NCBI GenBank assembly: GCA_022450595.1
Contig: JAKUPT010000006.1
Span: forward strand, 5,319 to 69,318
Source: Bdellovibrionales bacterium
GTDB lineage: Bacteria > Bdellovibrionota > Bdellovibrionia > Bdellovibrionales > UBA1609
Reading direction: 5' to 3'
Length of the DNA stretch: 64,000 bases
The first letter of the stretch is position 1. Each line of letters starts with the position of its first letter. Under the pieces are notes generated by a model, which saw only the letters and a program-made list of their open reading frames with translations, ran no database searches and was not told where the DNA came from. The position numbers and the translations under genes are program-made. This document shows, in pieces, positions 1-9,309 of the stretch.

Positions 1-288
1 TATCAAACGCTCTCTAATTTTGGGAGCACCCCAGGTTTGCTTTTCTTTTTTGAGATTTACAATCAAGCTTTCAATAAAGGGATGTGTTTTGTTAAAATTT
101 CGAATGGGCGCCTTAGACTTATTTTTTAACCCATCAATTCCTTCTTTTTTAAAACGATTTAATATCTTATGGCCTGTTTTTCTTGAAATTCCGAACTCTC
201 GACAGAGGTCTATGACCTTTTCTCCGTCTAGTGCTCTGGTAACAAACTTCATTCTTTCGTCCACGATTTTACTCTCTTTCCAAGGCAT
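1..288 (-). CDS. IS481-family transposase, N-terminal HTH portion (gene continues beyond window start)
   Basis: Absent from the ORF track because it runs off the edge. Minus-strand ATG at 288..286 reads MPWKESKIVDERMKFVTRALDGEKVIDLCREFGISRKTGHKILNRFKKEGIDGLKNKSKAPIRNFNKTHPFIESLIVNLKKEKQTWGAPKIRERLI. The MPWKE..DER..F, FGISRKTG.K and WG.PKI patterns are typical of IS481-type DDE transposase N-termini. Confidence 0.8.
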   Translation of the reverse strand, partial: MPWKESKIVDERMKFVTRALDGEKVIDLCREFGISRKTGHKILNRFKKEGIDGLKNKSKAPIRNFNKTHPFIESLIVNLKKEKQTWGAPKIRERLI

Positions 289-322
289 ACCATCCTCCAA
301 ATGCTATATGCCTTAAAGTGTA

Positions 323-364
323 ACCTATGTGTCTTGAATAAACTGTTACCTATGTACCTTGAAT
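323..364. repeat. Two 17-nt direct repeats (acctatgtGTcttgaat / acctatgtACcttgaat), likely subterminal transposase-binding repeats
   Basis: Copies at 323-339 and 348-364 match at 15 of 17 positions with 25-bp periodicity. They sit between the transposase ATG and the presumed IS end. Confidence 0.6.
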
Positions 365-511
365 GTACCGGACGGACCGCGAGCTGCGAGGCACGGAGGC
401 CGTGTCCTGAGAAGTACAACCAAAACAATTGAAACCATAAAAAAAGATCTCGAAGCTAAGGAAAAAAGAAAGAGCTAGACGAAAGTCCCACACTTGGTTA
501 AGATCACGACC

Positions 512-859
512 ATGAAAAACATAATTTTATTTGCAACATTGATTTTATTTTCTGCCTGCCAAAACGCACCTGTGATTAAGCACAAGCGTGGTGAGGATGC
601 TGACAAAATTGCTAAATACTATGAGCAAAACAACAGTGAGGCCTTAAAGTGCTTTGAAGGTGTTAAGACTAAAGGCCAGCTCACTTTAAAATGGCGCCTC
701 AACTCAAAAAGACAAGTGCTAAATCCTCAAGTGGTAGACGATGAAATTTTGAACTCAGAGGTGAATGACTGCCTGATTGATCATTTAAAAACGCTTGAGT
801 TTCCGGCCACGCTTATTTTTTCCGAAGCACTGATAGAATACACTTATAAAGTGGATTGA
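512..859 (+). CDS. Hypothetical lipoprotein
   Basis: ORF 494..859. The ATG at 512 gives MKNIILFATLILFSAC with lipobox FSAC. No recognisable catalytic motif. Confidence 0.6.
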   Translation: MKNIILFATLILFSACQNAPVIKHKRGEDADKIAKYYEQNNSEALKCFEGVKTKGQLTLKWRLNSKRQVLNPQVVDDEILNSEVNDCLIDHLKTLEFPATLIFSEALIEYTYKVD

Positions 860-996
860 TGCTGGACCCCAAAAGCCTGGTCTTGATCTTAGTCCCGACC
901 TTTGATGTGATCATTACATAACAAAGATCAATACCAGAGTTTTAGCTTTGAGTTTGTTCTAAAAAAATAATGATTACACAACGAGGGGGAATCATA

Positions 997-1566
997 ATGC
1001 GTGCACTAATAATTGCAGTGTTCACACTGTTTGCAACCATGGCGTCAGCGTCTACTTGGAACATTATTAACTATTCTGAGGTTCAAGAATCTCTAATGGA
1101 TCAAGCCGAAGTTTTAGGCCTAGACTGGAAAGTGGGCGAAACGGCTGACTACACCATTAAAATGGGATTTGTTAACGGAAAAATGCATAGCTTTGTTAGA
1201 GAAGAAGTTCATGAGGGCTTTTGGGTTCAGCAAGATATGGATATGGGCTTTTTAGGAAAGCAAAAAGTTGAAATGCTTATCGACAAAAACACGGGTGAAG
1301 TTCTTCAGCTGTTAGTGAATGGCGAAAAACAAGCTCCGCCTGAGCAAGGTGATCAAGAAGTGATCGACATGCAAGAGGCTAACATTTCAGTTCCTGCCGG
1401 AACATTTGACTGTGTTTACTTAAAGGTTCGTGACAACAAAGAAAACAAAGAGTCTGAAGCGTGGATCAACCCAACAGCGATTCCAATCACTGGAATGCTT
1501 AAGACCATAGCTCCTGGCCCAATGGGTAAAGTCACTGTAGAGTTGACAGCTTTCCGCAAAATGTAA
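997..1566 (+). CDS. Hypothetical secreted protein
   Basis: ORF 970..1566. The internal ATG at 997 is preceded by GAGGGGGA and gives signal peptide MRALIIAVFTLFATMASA. Confidence 0.6.
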   Translation: MRALIIAVFTLFATMASASTWNIINYSEVQESLMDQAEVLGLDWKVGETADYTIKMGFVNGKMHSFVREEVHEGFWVQQDMDMGFLGKQKVEMLIDKNTGEVLQLLVNGEKQAPPEQGDQEVIDMQEANISVPAGTFDCVYLKVRDNKENKESEAWINPTAIPITGMLKTIAPGPMGKVTVELTAFRKM

Positions 1567-1574
1567 TTTATTAG

Positions 1575-1599
1575 AAGGCGCCGAGGAGGCGCCTTTTTT
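1575..1599 (+). terminator. Rho-independent terminator
   Basis: Stem aaGGCGCC (1575-1582) pairs with GGCGCCtt (1588-1595), loop gagga, followed by a T-run to 1599. It lies directly after the stop at 1566. Confidence 0.75.
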
Positions 1600-2397
1600 A
1601 TGTTTAAGATCATTTTAATAGTACTTTTCAGTTTACCAACATTTGCTTTAAATCTTGAAAAAGATGTCTTAGAAAAATCCCAAAATTTAATTTTACAAAA
1701 AGACCGGCTAAAAGCCGTGAGTTTGATCAAAAATGTCATCAACAGCGATAATTTATCAAAAAAACAGACCACTCAAGCTCTGGAGGCTTTAGGTGTTTAT
1801 AGTCGTATTTTTTTAGAGGAAAAAACACAGCTTATTTTTGAGCATGGATTGAGTTTAATTAATAGTGATCTTGAAAAGTCGATTCAGAAGATTCAAGAAG
1901 CAAAACAGTTAGAACCTTTGAATTTAAGCGTGGGCCTTGCGCTCTCAAAAGCTCTACTTCTTAAAAAACAATGTAAAGACTCTTACTCAAATTTAGAGTC
2001 CTACGCCAAAATTTATGAAATGGACAGCGAGCTGCTGGAGTTAATGGAAATCTCTTTATTGTGCCGACTTGAAAAAGCCCTTTTATTAGAGTTTTTAGAG
2101 ACATTCGAAAAAGTGAAACAGGCCGAGCAAAAAAAACAGCGTCTTCTAGAAGAGGAAGCGGAGATAAAGCCCAAGAGTCTTAATCTGGAGTGGATTTACT
2201 GGGTTTTAAGTTTGCAGGCAGAAAATCTTTCACGAAAAGACCATGAATTTTTAATACAAAAGTATCAAAAAGAGTGTCCTAAAAAGGCACTGGCAAAAGA
2301 GGATCAACTCAAGCCCTGGCTCTTTTGTGGCAAACAAGAAGAGTTTCAAAGTTTTTTTGCAAAAAAGTTTAAAATTGAAGAAAAAACCGAAAAATAA
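1600..2397 (+). CDS. Hypothetical secreted, helical protein
   Basis: ORF with signal peptide MFKIILIVLFSLPTFA. K/E/L-rich and probably helical. No motif recognised. Confidence 0.55.
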   Translation: MFKIILIVLFSLPTFALNLEKDVLEKSQNLILQKDRLKAVSLIKNVINSDNLSKKQTTQALEALGVYSRIFLEEKTQLIFEHGLSLINSDLEKSIQKIQEAKQLEPLNLSVGLALSKALLLKKQCKDSYSNLESYAKIYEMDSELLELMEISLLCRLEKALLLEFLETFEKVKQAEQKKQRLLEEEAEIKPKSLNLEWIYWVLSLQAENLSRKDHEFLIQKYQKECPKKALAKEDQLKPWLFCGKQEEFQSFFAKKFKIEEKTEK

Positions 2398-2424
2398 AAC
2401 AGCATGTGTTATAGGAATTGCTAT

Positions 2425-2592
2425 ATGAAAAAGTTTATCAGTTTATTGTTGTTGTGTGCGTTTTGCGCGGCCTGTGGAGTTAAGGGGCCTCCTCTTCCTC
2501 CACTAAAACCACCTGAATTAAGTGAAGGCCGGAAGCAGTTTGTAGATCAACAAAATCAAGACGAGCAAAAGGATAAAGAAAAAAATGATTAA
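2425..2592 (+). CDS. Small LptM(YifL)-like lipoprotein
   Basis: The ATG at 2425 gives MKKFISLLLLCAFCAACGVKGPPLPP. The lipobox plus CG(V/L)KGP..P signature matches the small lipoproteins that precede DAP/lysine genes. It overlaps the dapA start by 8 nt. Confidence 0.55.
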   Translation: MKKFISLLLLCAFCAACGVKGPPLPPLKPPELSEGRKQFVDQQNQDEQKDKEKND

Positions 2593-3463
2593 AGGAATAG
2601 TTACCGCACTTGTGACTCCGTTTAAAGACTCAAAAGTGGATGAGAACTCATTAAAAAACTTGGTTCAGTCCCAATTAAACATGGGTGTTCAAGGATTCGT
2701 TGTGAATGGAACAACAGCTGAGAGCCCTAATCTGTATAAAGAGGAAGTTGAGCAAATTTTCAACTGTGTTAAGCAGGCAGCTAGTGGTAAAGCCAAAATC
2801 ATCTTAGGCACGGGCTCTAATTCTACAGCCAAAACCATTGAAATGACCAAGTTTGCCGAAAAACTCGGAGCTGATGGCAGTTTAGTGGTTGTGCCTTATT
2901 ACAACAAACCCACTCAGCAGGGGCTTTATCAACACTTTAAAGCTGTGGCCGAGTGTAGCACACAAGACATTATGCTTTACAATGTGCCCGGCAGAACAAT
3001 TACTAAATTAGAAGCAGAAACGGTTTTTAAACTTCAAGAGATAAAAAACATCAAAGGCATTAAAGAGGCCTCTGCCGATTTAGACTTTGATAAAAAGCTA
3101 TTTTCTAATGCTAGAGAAGACTGGTCGTATTTAAGTGGAGATGATGCCACCACTTTGGATTTTGTGGGCCTTGGTGGTCATGGGGCTATTTCAGTTCTGT
3201 CTCATGTTGTGGGAGATAAAATGATTCAAGCCATTGAGCAGGCTCAAGAGCAAGGGGCTGAAGTGGCAAAAAAAGAGTTTGCCCGATTTAATAAACTCAC
3301 TCAGCTTCTTTTTGCCGAACCCAACCCGACACCGGTGAAGTTTGCTTTGTCTGAAATGGGAATCATTGAGTCGGATGAGCTGAGGCTTCCTTTGTTGCCA
3401 GCAACAGAAAGTCTTAAAAAAGAAATTTCCCAAGAACTTAAAAGCCTTGGGCTAATATCATAA
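2585..3463 (+). CDS. dapA: 4-hydroxy-tetrahydrodipicolinate synthase
   Basis: 292 aa with GIVTALVTPF, VNGTTAESP, YNKPTQ and GIKEAS (Schiff-base Lys) motifs. Confidence 0.93.
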   Translation: MIKGIVTALVTPFKDSKVDENSLKNLVQSQLNMGVQGFVVNGTTAESPNLYKEEVEQIFNCVKQAASGKAKIILGTGSNSTAKTIEMTKFAEKLGADGSLVVVPYYNKPTQQGLYQHFKAVAECSTQDIMLYNVPGRTITKLEAETVFKLQEIKNIKGIKEASADLDFDKKLFSNAREDWSYLSGDDATTLDFVGLGGHGAISVLSHVVGDKMIQAIEQAQEQGAEVAKKEFARFNKLTQLLFAEPNPTPVKFALSEMGIIESDELRLPLLPATESLKKEISQELKSLGLIS

Positions 3464-3478
3464 GAGAGGATTCTTATA

Positions 3479-4165
3479 ATGATTAAGGTTGGTGTTATTG
3501 GTGCCACAGGAAGAATGGGAAAAGAAATAGTCAGTCTGATCAACCAATCTGACTCCTTAGAGTATGCTGTTGGTGTAGGTTCGAAAGACACTAAAGACAC
3601 TGTTACTATAGAAAATGTTGACCCCTCTTCTGTTGATGTGATGATTGATTTTGCTTTGTTGGAGTCGTTTTCAAAAAACATGAGCTGGTGTGCAAAAAAC
3701 AAAATACCTATAGTGTCTGGTGTAACCGGTATTGCTACAGAACATGAAGCAGAGTTAAAAAAGGCGTCAAAAGACACAGCAGTTTTATGGTCTCCAAATA
3801 TGAGTTTGGGAGTTGCCTTTGTGAACAGCTTAATTAAAGAATTTAAAAGAATTAAAAATTTTGATTTTCAAATTGAAGAGCTTCATCACTCAAAAAAACT
3901 CGATGCACCTAGTGGAACCGCTAAGCTGCTTCAAAAAAGCTTAAAACAAGCCGTAGAAAAAGACCTTCCAGAGCCTGTGGCCATTAGAGGTGGAGGGATT
4001 TTTGGTGTACATAAAATTTGGGCGATGTCGGAAGAAGAAGTGATCACACTCGAACACAGTGCTTTAAACCGCAGTGTTTTTGCTCGAGGGGCGGTAACTG
4101 CCGCAGAGTGGATTGTATCCCAAAAACCAGGGCAGTATAACATAAATGATTTAATTCAAGTTTGA
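3479..4165 (+). CDS. dapB: 4-hydroxy-tetrahydrodipicolinate reductase
   Basis: N-terminal GATGRMG Rossmann motif and EELHHSKKLDAPSGTA signature. Lies directly downstream of dapA. Confidence 0.92.
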   Translation: MIKVGVIGATGRMGKEIVSLINQSDSLEYAVGVGSKDTKDTVTIENVDPSSVDVMIDFALLESFSKNMSWCAKNKIPIVSGVTGIATEHEAELKKASKDTAVLWSPNMSLGVAFVNSLIKEFKRIKNFDFQIEELHHSKKLDAPSGTAKLLQKSLKQAVEKDLPEPVAIRGGGIFGVHKIWAMSEEEVITLEHSALNRSVFARGAVTAAEWIVSQKPGQYNINDLIQV

Positions 4166-4166
4166 G

Positions 4167-4700
4167 GTGATTTTGGCGGCTTTAGAGCAACAAGCCTTAG
4201 TGGCATTAATAGTTTACTCTTCTGATGGTTTGAGTTTGTTAAAAACTGCGACACAGGCCCTATCAAAGCACATGGAAGCCGAAAAAATGTCTTCGGTGTA
4301 CAAAATCAAAGGTTCATTAAACAGGTTTTCTCATGTCCATGACATTGCGTCTGTTGATGGATTTCAAGGTATCACTGTGGCTGTGAAGGGCTTTATCAAA
4401 CAGGGGCCAGAACAGTTTGTGAAAGACTGTATGGCTGTAGAAAAGCAGATGAATCTACAAGACAAAACCTTAGAAATTGTTGTACTGTGTGTTGAAGATT
4501 TAACACGCATGCAGTCGGACTTGTGTTTGCCTTATCCAGAGTGGCACAGGCGTGTGGAGCTTCTGGTTCCTTCAAGTGAGGTTTGGGGAGACTATCAACA
4601 CCCCATTCTTGGTGAGTCGGTTTATAATTTGTCACAAAAGATGTCAGATAAAAAATGGGGATCTTTTTTTGCACAAGGAAAAAGTTTATTAGAGTCATAA
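4167..4700 (+). CDS. HPPK (FolK)-like protein, apparently degenerate
   Basis: It can be laid along E. coli FolK by eye: ALIVYSSDG vs AYIAIGSNL, SSVYKIKG vs SSFYRTPP, LPYPEWHRRVELLVPSSEV vs VPHYDMKNRGFMLWPLFEI. The GSNL and LDLD catalytic motifs are replaced. The start codon is uncertain (GTG 4167, TTG 4173 or GTG 4200). Confidence 0.4.
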   Translation: MILAALEQQALVALIVYSSDGLSLLKTATQALSKHMEAEKMSSVYKIKGSLNRFSHVHDIASVDGFQGITVAVKGFIKQGPEQFVKDCMAVEKQMNLQDKTLEIVVLCVEDLTRMQSDLCLPYPEWHRRVELLVPSSEVWGDYQHPILGESVYNLSQKMSDKKWGSFFAQGKSLLES

Positions 4701-4718
4701 CACTTAAGGGAGTGAGAA

Positions 4719-5354
4719 ATGAAATTTTATATCGATACAGCAGACATTAATGAAATCAAACAAACTAATGATTTAGGGCTTATTGATGGTGTAACAACCA
4801 ACCCAAGCTTGATTGCAAAAGTTCAAAGGCCACAAGAAGAGGTGATTAAAGATATTTGCAAAGAGGTAAAAGGCCTTGTCTCTGCAGAAGTATTAAGTGT
4901 TGAAGCCGATGGAATGATTAAAGAAGGCATGGAGCTTGCTAAAATTGCAGACAACGTTGTTATTAAAGTTCCTATGGGTGAAGAGGGCTTAAAAGCTGTA
5001 AGACATTTTTCAAGTGAAGGTATTAAAACCAATGTGACTTTAGTATTCTCTCCACTTCAAGCCTTATTAACTGCAAAAGCCGGGGCTACTCTAGTTTCTC
5101 CATTCGTAGGTCGTTTAGATGACATTTCTGTGAATGGCATGGACATGGTGGCTCAAATTCGACAGATTTTTGATATTTATGGCTTTGACACAGAAGTATT
5201 GGTCGCCAGTGTTCGTCATCCATTGCACATTTTAGAGTCTGCAATGATTGGGGCAGATATCGTAACTGTGCCGCATAAAGTGATTATGCAGCTGACAAAG
5301 CATCCACTTACCGACAAAGGACTAGAGCAGTTTCTAAAAGACGCTCAAAAGTGA
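4719..5354 (+). CDS. tal: Short-type transaldolase / fructose-6-phosphate aldolase family
   Basis: 211 aa with [27 protein letters not shown] (Schiff-base Lys) and SPFVGR. SD GGGAG lies upstream. Confidence 0.9.
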   Translation: MKFYIDTADINEIKQTNDLGLIDGVTTNPSLIAKVQRPQEEVIKDICKEVKGLVSAEVLSVEADGMIKEGMELAKIADNVVIKVPMGEEGLKAVRHFSSEGIKTNVTLVFSPLQALLTAKAGATLVSPFVGRLDDISVNGMDMVAQIRQIFDIYGFDTEVLVASVRHPLHILESAMIGADIVTVPHKVIMQLTKHPLTDKGLEQFLKDAQK

Positions 5355-5366
5355 TAGTACCTTGAC

Positions 5367-5404
5367 CTAGCCATCACTTCTGTAAAAATAGAAGAGATGG
5401 CTAG
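5367..5404 (+). promoter_or_regulatory. 14-bp hairpin enclosing the start codon of the next gene
   Basis: ctagccatcActtc (5367-5380) pairs with gaagagatggctag (5391-5404) with one mismatch and a 10-nt loop. The ATG at 5397-5399 lies inside the 3' arm. Confidence 0.45.
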
Positions 5405-5849
5405 AATATTTTTAAATCTCTTATTATTAGTGTTTCTTTCTTCTTGTGCGACATCGTCCAATCAAATTCAAGATGTAGAAGCGCCGCTGTCACAAGTTAA
5501 AGCAGTGATTAAGAAAAACCTTCCACTTGGTTTGCGGGGAGTGAGCGCGAACGGTCGAGAATTTTATTCTAATTACTTTTTAGTGGTTAAGGGCAAACAC
5601 ATGAAGGCTGAAAACCTTCAGTACCGAAAGTTTGCCTCTGTGAGTGTTTTAGGAGACAGAAGACCTTACACCATTAAAGTCGAAGTGTTTTTGGAAAAAA
5701 GATCTCAGCCCTCTGCAAATGGACTTAAACAATACAAAGACTTTCGTCGAGATAAAAAGTATTCAGAGTATTTGTTGCGCAAGATTCACAATGCTTTAGA
5801 GAACAGGGAAGAAAGTATTAATTTTGTTGACGATTTTCGGGTTTTCTAA
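5397..5849 (+). CDS. Hypothetical lipoprotein
   Basis: MARIFLNLLLLVFLSSC with lipobox LSSC. 150 aa, no motif recognised. Confidence 0.6.
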   Translation: MARIFLNLLLLVFLSSCATSSNQIQDVEAPLSQVKAVIKKNLPLGLRGVSANGREFYSNYFLVVKGKHMKAENLQYRKFASVSVLGDRRPYTIKVEVFLEKRSQPSANGLKQYKDFRRDKKYSEYLLRKIHNALENREESINFVDDFRVF

Positions 5850-5874
5850 CTAACATTAAGCCTTAAGGGCAACT

Positions 5875-7821
5875 ATGAACCAGCACAAGTTTCAAATTCT
5901 AGCATTATTTATTTCCACCTTGGTTTTGGCCAATCCAGAAACCTCTGTGGAAAATGAACACTACCGCGGTGTTGGCCCTAAAATTGTGATCTCATCAAAA
6001 TCCATATCACCGGCGGCGGCCGCTCTTGAAGACAGTCGTTATTGGGAAGAATCCAAAGTTGTTGTTAGAAAGCCTGCTAACACATCAAACAGCATAGAAA
6101 TGAAAGCCGGCGAGAAGGAAGCCGACCGAGTCATTCCAGACTATGATGCTCAGGCAAAGTATAAGCCTTTAAAGGGAATAAAACTTAACTATGCCGTGTT
6201 TGTTGCAAAACAAAACAAGGTAAAAAAACAACAAGTGGCAAAAGCTAAAAGCTCTAACGCCATCAAGTATCAACAGGCCGCTCAACCGATTAAGATTGTA
6301 GCACATAAAACAAAAAACCAAACAACCACCAACCTACCTAACAACTCGCCTAGCTCCAATGTTAGGCCGTCCAAAGAGGGCGTAAAGGTGGCCTCTAATG
6401 ATCAGTTTAAACTCTCAAGCTTTGACAGTGTGAGAGCACAAGGAAACATTCAATTAATGGGATTGCCAATGGTCTTTGAAGATCAGGTGGTAGAGCTGTT
6501 TTATGAACAGGGAATGTTGCAGTCGCCAATCAATTACCAATTCCCCACGGGTTTTGATGCTGAGGTGACCAAAGGGCAAGGCAAAATTGTAGCTAAACTA
6601 TGGTCAAAGTCTAATGGTCTCATTGGTGAAGGTGAACTTCCTCTTGAAGAGGACTTGGATTATTCGCGCTTGCAAGTGTTAGTAAAGCCGGTGAGCTACA
6701 GTCATAGCGGTCTTCTGATGGCCACCAACGAAGCGGCAACAGATAATGATTATGAAATTATGATGGATGCAAATTCCACCAAAGTTAAAGTTGAAAATTC
6801 AAAATTTGATTTTGATATGGATGTAAAATCTCAACCATTAATGATTGCGAAGTTAAAAGATCAAAAAACTTCTACTTTATTCAGCTTCAACCATAAATCG
6901 GAAAACACCTGGCCGATTTATACAGACGACTATGCTTTGTTTTTAGCTAATCTATTAAATAAAAGAGCTACAGCACTTGAAACCACAGCTCTTATTGCTG
7001 GTAAAGTCACCTATCAAGGTAAACCACTGTCTAACGTAAAGCTTGTGGTTCACCAAGGTTTGCTTGAAAAACCTGTGACTTATTTTAGCTCCAGTCTTCC
7101 AAATCCAAGTCTTAAAACAACCTCTTCTTCTGGTGACTTTGTTGCAGCCACCGAAATAGATCGTCCGGCCGCCATTTCAGTTTTAATTAACGATAAAGTG
7201 GTTCATAGAAGGGACATTCCTGTGGGCTTAGGTCAAGTCACTCATGTTAATATTGAGATAGGACCTCAGCAAAACTACAGCTATGAACTGAGTTCTGCTT
7301 TTGACAGAAGGCCTTTGGATGCGGACCTTTACATTGAGTCTTCAGGGGATAACTATCCTATCATTGGTGGTGAGGGGCGCTTTTATAATCACAGCTCTGA
7401 CATGGCTGAGCGCATTTATGTGGATATGAAAAACTCAGAGTACATCTCTTATTCCACCTGGATCAATTCAGACTTTAAATATGGTGATTTGTACTCTGTT
7501 AAAAAAAGTTGGTTCTATGAACTAACAAAGGGAGCTGTTGAAAACTTTAATGACTATAGCTCTATTTATATTGGTTTTGTAAATGGCGCTGACTATAAAG
7601 TGTCCATGGACTCAAAGGCCAACAGCACTATCAAGATTATTTATTTTGACTCTCAAGGTAACAAAATTGAATCAGGAAAGTCTGATGGTGGATTCATTAT
7701 TGTGAATATGCCTCAGGGGCAAAGAACAATATTTGTAGAAGCCTTAGATTTAAATAAGTCACATTCGCAGTTTTTCAATGCTTATCAAAGCCAGAACTTT
7801 TCATCTGTTATTACGTTTTAA
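5875..7821 (+). CDS. Large hypothetical secreted protein
   Basis: 648 aa with signal peptide MNQHKFQILALFISTLVLA. An internal segment GKVTYQGKPLSNVKLVV resembles a carboxypeptidase-regulatory-like beta-sandwich. Confidence 0.6.
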   Translation: MNQHKFQILALFISTLVLANPETSVENEHYRGVGPKIVISSKSISPAAAALEDSRYWEESKVVVRKPANTSNSIEMKAGEKEADRVIPDYDAQAKYKPLKGIKLNYAVFVAKQNKVKKQQVAKAKSSNAIKYQQAAQPIKIVAHKTKNQTTTNLPNNSPSSNVRPSKEGVKVASNDQFKLSSFDSVRAQGNIQLMGLPMVFEDQVVELFYEQGMLQSPINYQFPTGFDAEVTKGQGKIVAKLWSKSNGLIGEGELPLEEDLDYSRLQVLVKPVSYSHSGLLMATNEAATDNDYEIMMDANSTKVKVENSKFDFDMDVKSQPLMIAKLKDQKTSTLFSFNHKSENTWPIYTDDYALFLANLLNKRATALETTALIAGKVTYQGKPLSNVKLVVHQGLLEKPVTYFSSSLPNPSLKTTSSSGDFVAATEIDRPAAISVLINDKVVHRRDIPVGLGQVTHVNIEIGPQQNYSYELSSAFDRRPLDADLYIESSGDNYPIIGGEGRFYNHSSDMAERIYVDMKNSEYISYSTWINSDFKYGDLYSVKKSWFYELTKGAVENFNDYSSIYIGFVNGADYKVSMDSKANSTIKIIYFDSQGNKIESGKSDGGFIIVNMPQGQRTIFVEALDLNKSHSQFFNAYQSQNFSSVITF

Positions 7822-9170
7822 GAGGCGTCTTTATTTAAGGCCTTTTCCAGTTTAGAAATTTGACCTTTTGAAAGCTTTTTGGCTTTAGCAAGGGTCAACA
7901 GCTGTGAAGATAATAATTTTCTGTTCTCTGGAGGGAGCAGAATTTTAAAACCTTTAGGCAGCTTATAAGAAGTTTTTAATTCTTTGAGGTCATAATTGTA
8001 ATGAATAAAGTCATCTCGACTCATACCACTCGTTTCTAAAATACTGGCTTTTTTTAAGGCAAAAGGAAGTTTAACAGTTTGATACTCAAAGCTGTCCGCT
8101 AGAGGTTTTACCTTATATATTTCTTTTCTGTACTCGTAAGCATAGTTAATAGCTAAGAAACAAGAGTAGAAGTTTCTGGAGGCAAAACGAAAACTTCGGT
8201 CTTTATAACGAGCATGTATTTTTACGTAATCACGAGTGCCAACTTTTCTTACAGCACGCCTCATACTGCCCACACCATGGTTGTAGGCAGTGACAGCTAG
8301 TGGCCAAGATTTTAATATTCTGTAATCACGTTTTAAGTGGTGGGCGGCATATTCTGAAGCCTTTATGGGGTTGTTGCGTTCATCAATTTTTGAATTAACG
8401 GTTAATAATTCTCGTCCAGAGCGAGGCATGATTTGCCAAATTCCACTGGCGCCAACTTTGCTGTAAGCATCGATATTAAAACTACTTTCTACAAAGGGCA
8501 TTCTTGTTAAAGAGATCGGAAGCCCTGAGTTTTTAAATATATTTTCAATATGTGGCATATAAAGAGTGCTTGTTTTAATGCCCTTTTCAATAAAGTCTTT
8601 TTGTCCGAGCTGAGTTCGTAAATATCGTCGTGAGTTTCGCAGTAAATACTTTCTAGAACCATTTAAAGAGTTCAAAGCGTTGTAAACTTGAGCTTCAAGG
8701 CCTTTAAGGTTTTTAAAGTGAGATCTTTTAGAGAGAGTTAAAAGAGTTCTAGATATCTGCTTTCTTCTTTTTTTAACATAGGCTTTGGCCTTTTTTCTTT
8801 TGTACCAAGTGGCCGCATTGCCTTTATAAAAGTTATGAGTTTTTATCACATCAAAAACCACCCATGGGTATTTTGTATGATGAATGACATAGGTTTTAGA
8901 GTCATGTTGAGTGTAAATATCAAACCAAAAGCCCACTCGTTTTTTTAAAATCTCGGGAGCTTGAAACTCTTTTTCAACCCGGTTGTAAGGATCGTCTAAC
9001 ACCGAACTTCGATCAAAGCTTTGCAAGTAATTCACACGTAGTGGTGACAAAGACACTTTGGAAAATTTGTCTAAAGCATTTTTGCTACCATTAGAGTGGA
9101 GCCAGCCCGATTCCATAGGAAGAGCCAATGCGGTGATAGCAATAAAATAAAGCTTTAAGATCAAAATCAT
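7818..9170 (-). CDS. Lytic murein transglycosylase (MltD/SLT-like)
   Basis: SLT motifs VESSFN...GASGIWQIMPRSG and AYNHG. The start is moved to the ATG at 9170 (MILILKLYFIAITALALP signal). The track start at 9293 would leave only 16 bp to the divergent gene. Confidence 0.8.
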   Translation of the reverse strand: MILILKLYFIAITALALPMESGWLHSNGSKNALDKFSKVSLSPLRVNYLQSFDRSSVLDDPYNRVEKEFQAPEILKKRVGFWFDIYTQHDSKTYVIHHTKYPWVVFDVIKTHNFYKGNAATWYKRKKAKAYVKKRRKQISRTLLTLSKRSHFKNLKGLEAQVYNALNSLNGSRKYLLRNSRRYLRTQLGQKDFIEKGIKTSTLYMPHIENIFKNSGLPISLTRMPFVESSFNIDAYSKVGASGIWQIMPRSGRELLTVNSKIDERNNPIKASEYAAHHLKRDYRILKSWPLAVTAYNHGVGSMRRAVRKVGTRDYVKIHARYKDRSFRFASRNFYSCFLAINYAYEYRKEIYKVKPLADSFEYQTVKLPFALKKASILETSGMSRDDFIHYNYDLKELKTSYKLPKGFKILLPPENRKLLSSQLLTLAKAKKLSKGQISKLEKALNKDAS

Positions 9171-9309
9171 GTTATTATTAAGAGCAAAGGCAGTGCCAGC
9201 AAAGCTTGTATCAGTTTGATATGAGCTGCAAATTAAGTAAAGTTGTAAAAATTTTTGACAAAAGCACTCATTTTTATGAACAAATTTCGGCAAAAGTATA
9301 CATTAAGAT

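Larger units (their letters stand above)
1..370 (-). mobile_element. IS481-like insertion sequence, transposase-proximal end (outer boundary approximate)
   Basis: Transposase start at 288. Two 17-nt subterminal direct repeats lie upstream of it. Sequence character changes to a GC-rich patch after about 366. The exact terminal inverted repeat cannot be fixed without the other end. Confidence 0.5.

Noticed and set aside
20-316. 98-aa + strand ORF at the left edge
   Set aside because: It is antisense to the far more convincing IS481-type transposase reading frame (minus strand, 288..1), and the translation has no recognisable features.
9171-9293. N-terminal extension of the lytic transglycosylase ORF
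   Set aside because: It has a non-ATG start and no signal peptide at that end, and would leave only 16 bp to the divergent gene. The internal ATG at 9170 yields a proper signal peptide.
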